Source of the DNA: an uncultured Nitrospiraceae bacterium
GTDB lineage: Bacteria; Nitrospirota; Thermodesulfovibrionia; Thermodesulfovibrionales; Dissulfurispiraceae
Reading direction: 5' to 3'
DNA length: 64,000 bases
Assembly: GCA_963727805.1 (NCBI GenBank)
Contig: CAVSHF010000005.1
Location: forward strand, 960,001 to 1,024,000
Below, one piece after another: positions 62,496-64,000 of the stretch (within the stretch, counting starts at the first letter, position 1; the number at the start of each line of letters is the position of its first letter). The position numbers were made by a program, and so were the translations under genes. Below the pieces are notes generated by a model. That model saw only the letters and a program-made list of their open reading frames with translations, was not told where the DNA came from and searched no databases.

Positions 62496-63002
62496 CTAGA
62501 AATACTTAAGCATTTCCCCAAATATCAGGGCATCTTCAATTTCGGTGTCAAGTGTATGTTCAACTGACCCGTTACTGATCAAGGAATAATATTGCTCAGC
62601 GGAAACGGTATGTCCTAAGGTTCCTAATCTGGGATTGGATTCAAAATATTGCCATATTTTATGCGGGGCGAAGGCTCCTTTGATCAAATCTGAAAATTCG
62701 CCCAGAATTGCCTCAGTATCAATAATTGTTTCTTTTTCCTGCTCGTAGGTCTCATCTAAGTTCTCTACATACTTACTATTCCCATACATCCTTTCACGCA
62801 AGGGATTGTACCAAGTCTTCTTCCGTTCTTCAGAAATTGTTCTTATACTACGTCGTGACTCGTAAATAGAAGCGGCAAGATTATAGAATTTCTCTCCTAT
62901 GACATACCCTAAGGCCTTTTCAATTCCAAAACGACGTTCAATCCCTTCGGCGGCTTCCACCCATTCTTTTAGTTGATCACCATTTGTAAATATTCTACTC
63001 AT
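62496..63002 (-). CDS. Hypothetical protein
   Basis: 168-aa ORF (FGIEKALGYVIGEKF); family not recognised. Confidence 0.55.
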   Translation of the reverse strand: MSRIFTNGDQLKEWVEAAEGIERRFGIEKALGYVIGEKFYNLAASIYESRRSIRTISEERKKTWYNPLRERMYGNSKYVENLDETYEQEKETIIDTEAILGEFSDLIKGAFAPHKIWQYFESNPRLGTLGHTVSAEQYYSLISNGSVEHTLDTEIEDALIFGEMLKYF

Positions 63003-63760
63003 ACTGATTATTATACCGTTCTATGCAGCGGAACGGGAATGACTCTACAGACCAATCCGGGATCATATCCTTAATCCTGATGGGTCTTTGGTGCATTAGA
63101 GTCCGAATCTTAAAAATCTCGTCACTAAAGGTTCGTCAGGAACTCGGAGTGATGTCGAGGAAAGTAACCCATTGATGGGTGTTATCCAAGCACCAAGCAC
63201 TCGGGGAAATCGATAATACCATTCTTTTACCGGTAAAATGAGTAACATCGGATTCCTCCGGTCAATCATGCCCCTCAGTCCCTACGTGTCGACGATCTCA
63301 TACCATCCCCTCACCATTTCATGGGCAAAGGTAACGGTTAGCTTCTCATTATCAACTCACCTGCTAAACAAAACGAGGAAGCAGCAATGCTATAACCCAG
63401 TACAAAATAATCTACTCGATGCCTTTTTCCCTCCCATGATACGCCCTCCTCTGGTGGATTCTGTGGGACGGGAAATTAATTATAATCGTACAAATGGCCT
63501 TGCATGGGAATACAATAGGTTAAGTCGATTTAACATTAGGGGATAAATTTTTAGTATATTAATCAAACAGCAGCAAAAATGCCCAGGAGGCTCACTCTTC
63601 GCGAATCAATCGCAGCCAGCCATCAGATAAGCATAATCGAATATCATATGATGTCGCAGCTAGCACTGCAAACAATAATTATGCAGTACCTATAGCAATT
63701 GGAAATTCTTACTTGGATTGAGCAGACGATTCAAAGAGAGGGAAAACTGTTGAGAGGCAA

Positions 63761-64000
63761 CTAGACCGGCAGCGTCTTCATGCCGGCAACATTTTTGGCA
63801 ACTCTGTCATAAGCTGACTGATTGATACCGAGCACTTCAAGCAGCCTCGGCAAATCCATTTCGGTCGTTACCCCAAGCCCAATGCCTGCATCTAACACCA
63901 TTTTGTCTGAAACTCGTATGAGATAACAGAGCCCATCAAATTCGGACAGTTTGCCTGCTGATATAGGCTTGTCATGATGGTGCTCAAGCGTATACTGGTA
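63761..64000 (-). CDS. C-terminal part of a possible HDOD/HD-domain protein (runs off the window)
   Basis: Open frame YQYTLEHHHD...LIRVSDKM...GIGLG...; absent from the ORF track because its start lies outside the window. Confidence 0.5.
   Translation of the reverse strand, partial: YQYTLEHHHDKPISAGKLSEFDGLCYLIRVSDKMVLDAGIGLGVTTEMDLPRLLEVLGINQSAYDRVAKNVAGMKTLPV

Overview
Bacterial chromosomal segment, most plausibly from a sulfate-reducing Nitrospirota (Thermodesulfovibrionia-like) or deltaproteobacterial-type organism; this is inferred from gene content only. The right half (36.5-58.6 kb) is mostly core: an adk-sat-aprBA-qmoABC-hppA sulfate-activation cluster, rpmE-DUF1385-prfA-prmC, dedA-murJ and an ArnT/PAP2 pair. 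The left half (1-31.7 kb) lies next to the 3' end of tRNA-Ser(TGA) and is accessory. It holds two complete IS21 elements, a cargo-carrying IS1595 element, many pseudogenes and several intact orphan modules; an IS4 lies at 34.4-35.8 kb. The standout is a five-gene operon at 14679-21929. Two paralogous membrane proteins together carry exactly 3+2=5 DUF202/VTC-like units, each with six in-register R-T-x-L-A-x-x heptads. They are followed by a histidine kinase, a stand-alone receiver and a PEP-synthase-like dikinase with an atypical C-terminus. I propose this is a regulated pseudo-pentameric polyanion/oxyanion channel system. All family calls come from motif recognition by eye, with no database searches.
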